Notes under the pieces: model-generated
The model's input: the letters and a program-made list of their open reading frames with translations, nothing else
What the model was told of the DNA's origin: nothing
The model's database searches: none
NCBI GenBank assembly: GCA_965178125.1
Contig: OZ237745.1
Coordinates: 1,116,001 to 1,180,000 of the forward strand
DNA length: 64,000 bases
Source: Bilabrum cf. latius
Lineage: Eukaryota
Direction: 5' to 3'
Made by a program: the position numbers and the translations under genes
Part shown: positions 63,665-64,000 of the stretch, piece after piece
Layout: each line of letters starts with the position of its first letter
Position numbering within the stretch: position 1 is the stretch's first letter

Positions 63665-63863
63665 TCGCCGAGGCGGGCTGTTGTACTGAGATGCAAGCGC
63701 TTCTATTGTTCTAATTAGCCTGTGACTACTGGTTGGATCTCGGTGCTTCGGAGACGCCCGCAGTCCCGGAGACAGACGCTCAACAGACCGCATCACGAAG
63801 TGAGACCCCCTTCGTAGGCCTCAGGCCTGAACCGGGCTTGGGCTTGCCTCGCACACTCTTCTT

Positions 63864-63998
63864 TTACTTGGGCACCTTCTTGTCAACCCTGCGGCCTGAT
63901 TTCGCCGCAGGCCTTGCCTCGCCAGCGGCACTCCTTTTCGCCCTACGATCCCGCCTGGTAGCCTCTCTATCGGCCTTGAGCACCTGTGGCATCAAAGA
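63864..63998 (-). CDS. Possible basic C-terminus of a gene running off the window
   Basis: VLKADREATRRDRRAKR...VDKKVPK-TAA; short and with no recognisable family. Confidence 0.3.
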   Translation of the reverse strand, partial: SLMPQVLKADREATRRDRRAKRSAAGEARPAAKSGRRVDKKVPK

Positions 63999-64000
63999 GG

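Overview
GC-rich, gene-dense eukaryotic nuclear DNA with few short GT-AG introns. Flagellar genes, the histone H3 sequence and the promoter motifs suggest a flagellated protist, possibly a stramenopile; that assignment is inference. Main result: the DNA appears to use a non-standard nuclear genetic code in which TAG encodes glutamine while TAA and TGA remain stops. The fragmented ORF track collapses into long single-frame genes when TAG is read through. I hand-counted about 70 in-frame TAGs in 12 genes, and no internal TAA/TGA in the joins I read. Every recognisable gene end is TAA or TGA. TAG sits inside conserved domains (CSL4 S1, RRP12, PX, C2, CFAP97-like) and swaps with CAG in tandem coding repeats. 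The window holds 12 core histone genes in three H4-H3/H2B-H2A quartets arranged as nested inverted repeats, and all 12 carry an identical non-canonical 3' stem-loop. Other genes: a tandem double aquaporin, VPS25, CSL4, a sulfotransferase-like protein, SPEF1, a CID-like RG/RD-rich protein, a ~2,970-aa membrane-anchored MACPF/EGF protein, RRP12, a PX-WH2 protein, a CFAP97-like/3xC2 protein, NDUFB8-like, a double-PA-domain protein and several low-complexity proteins.
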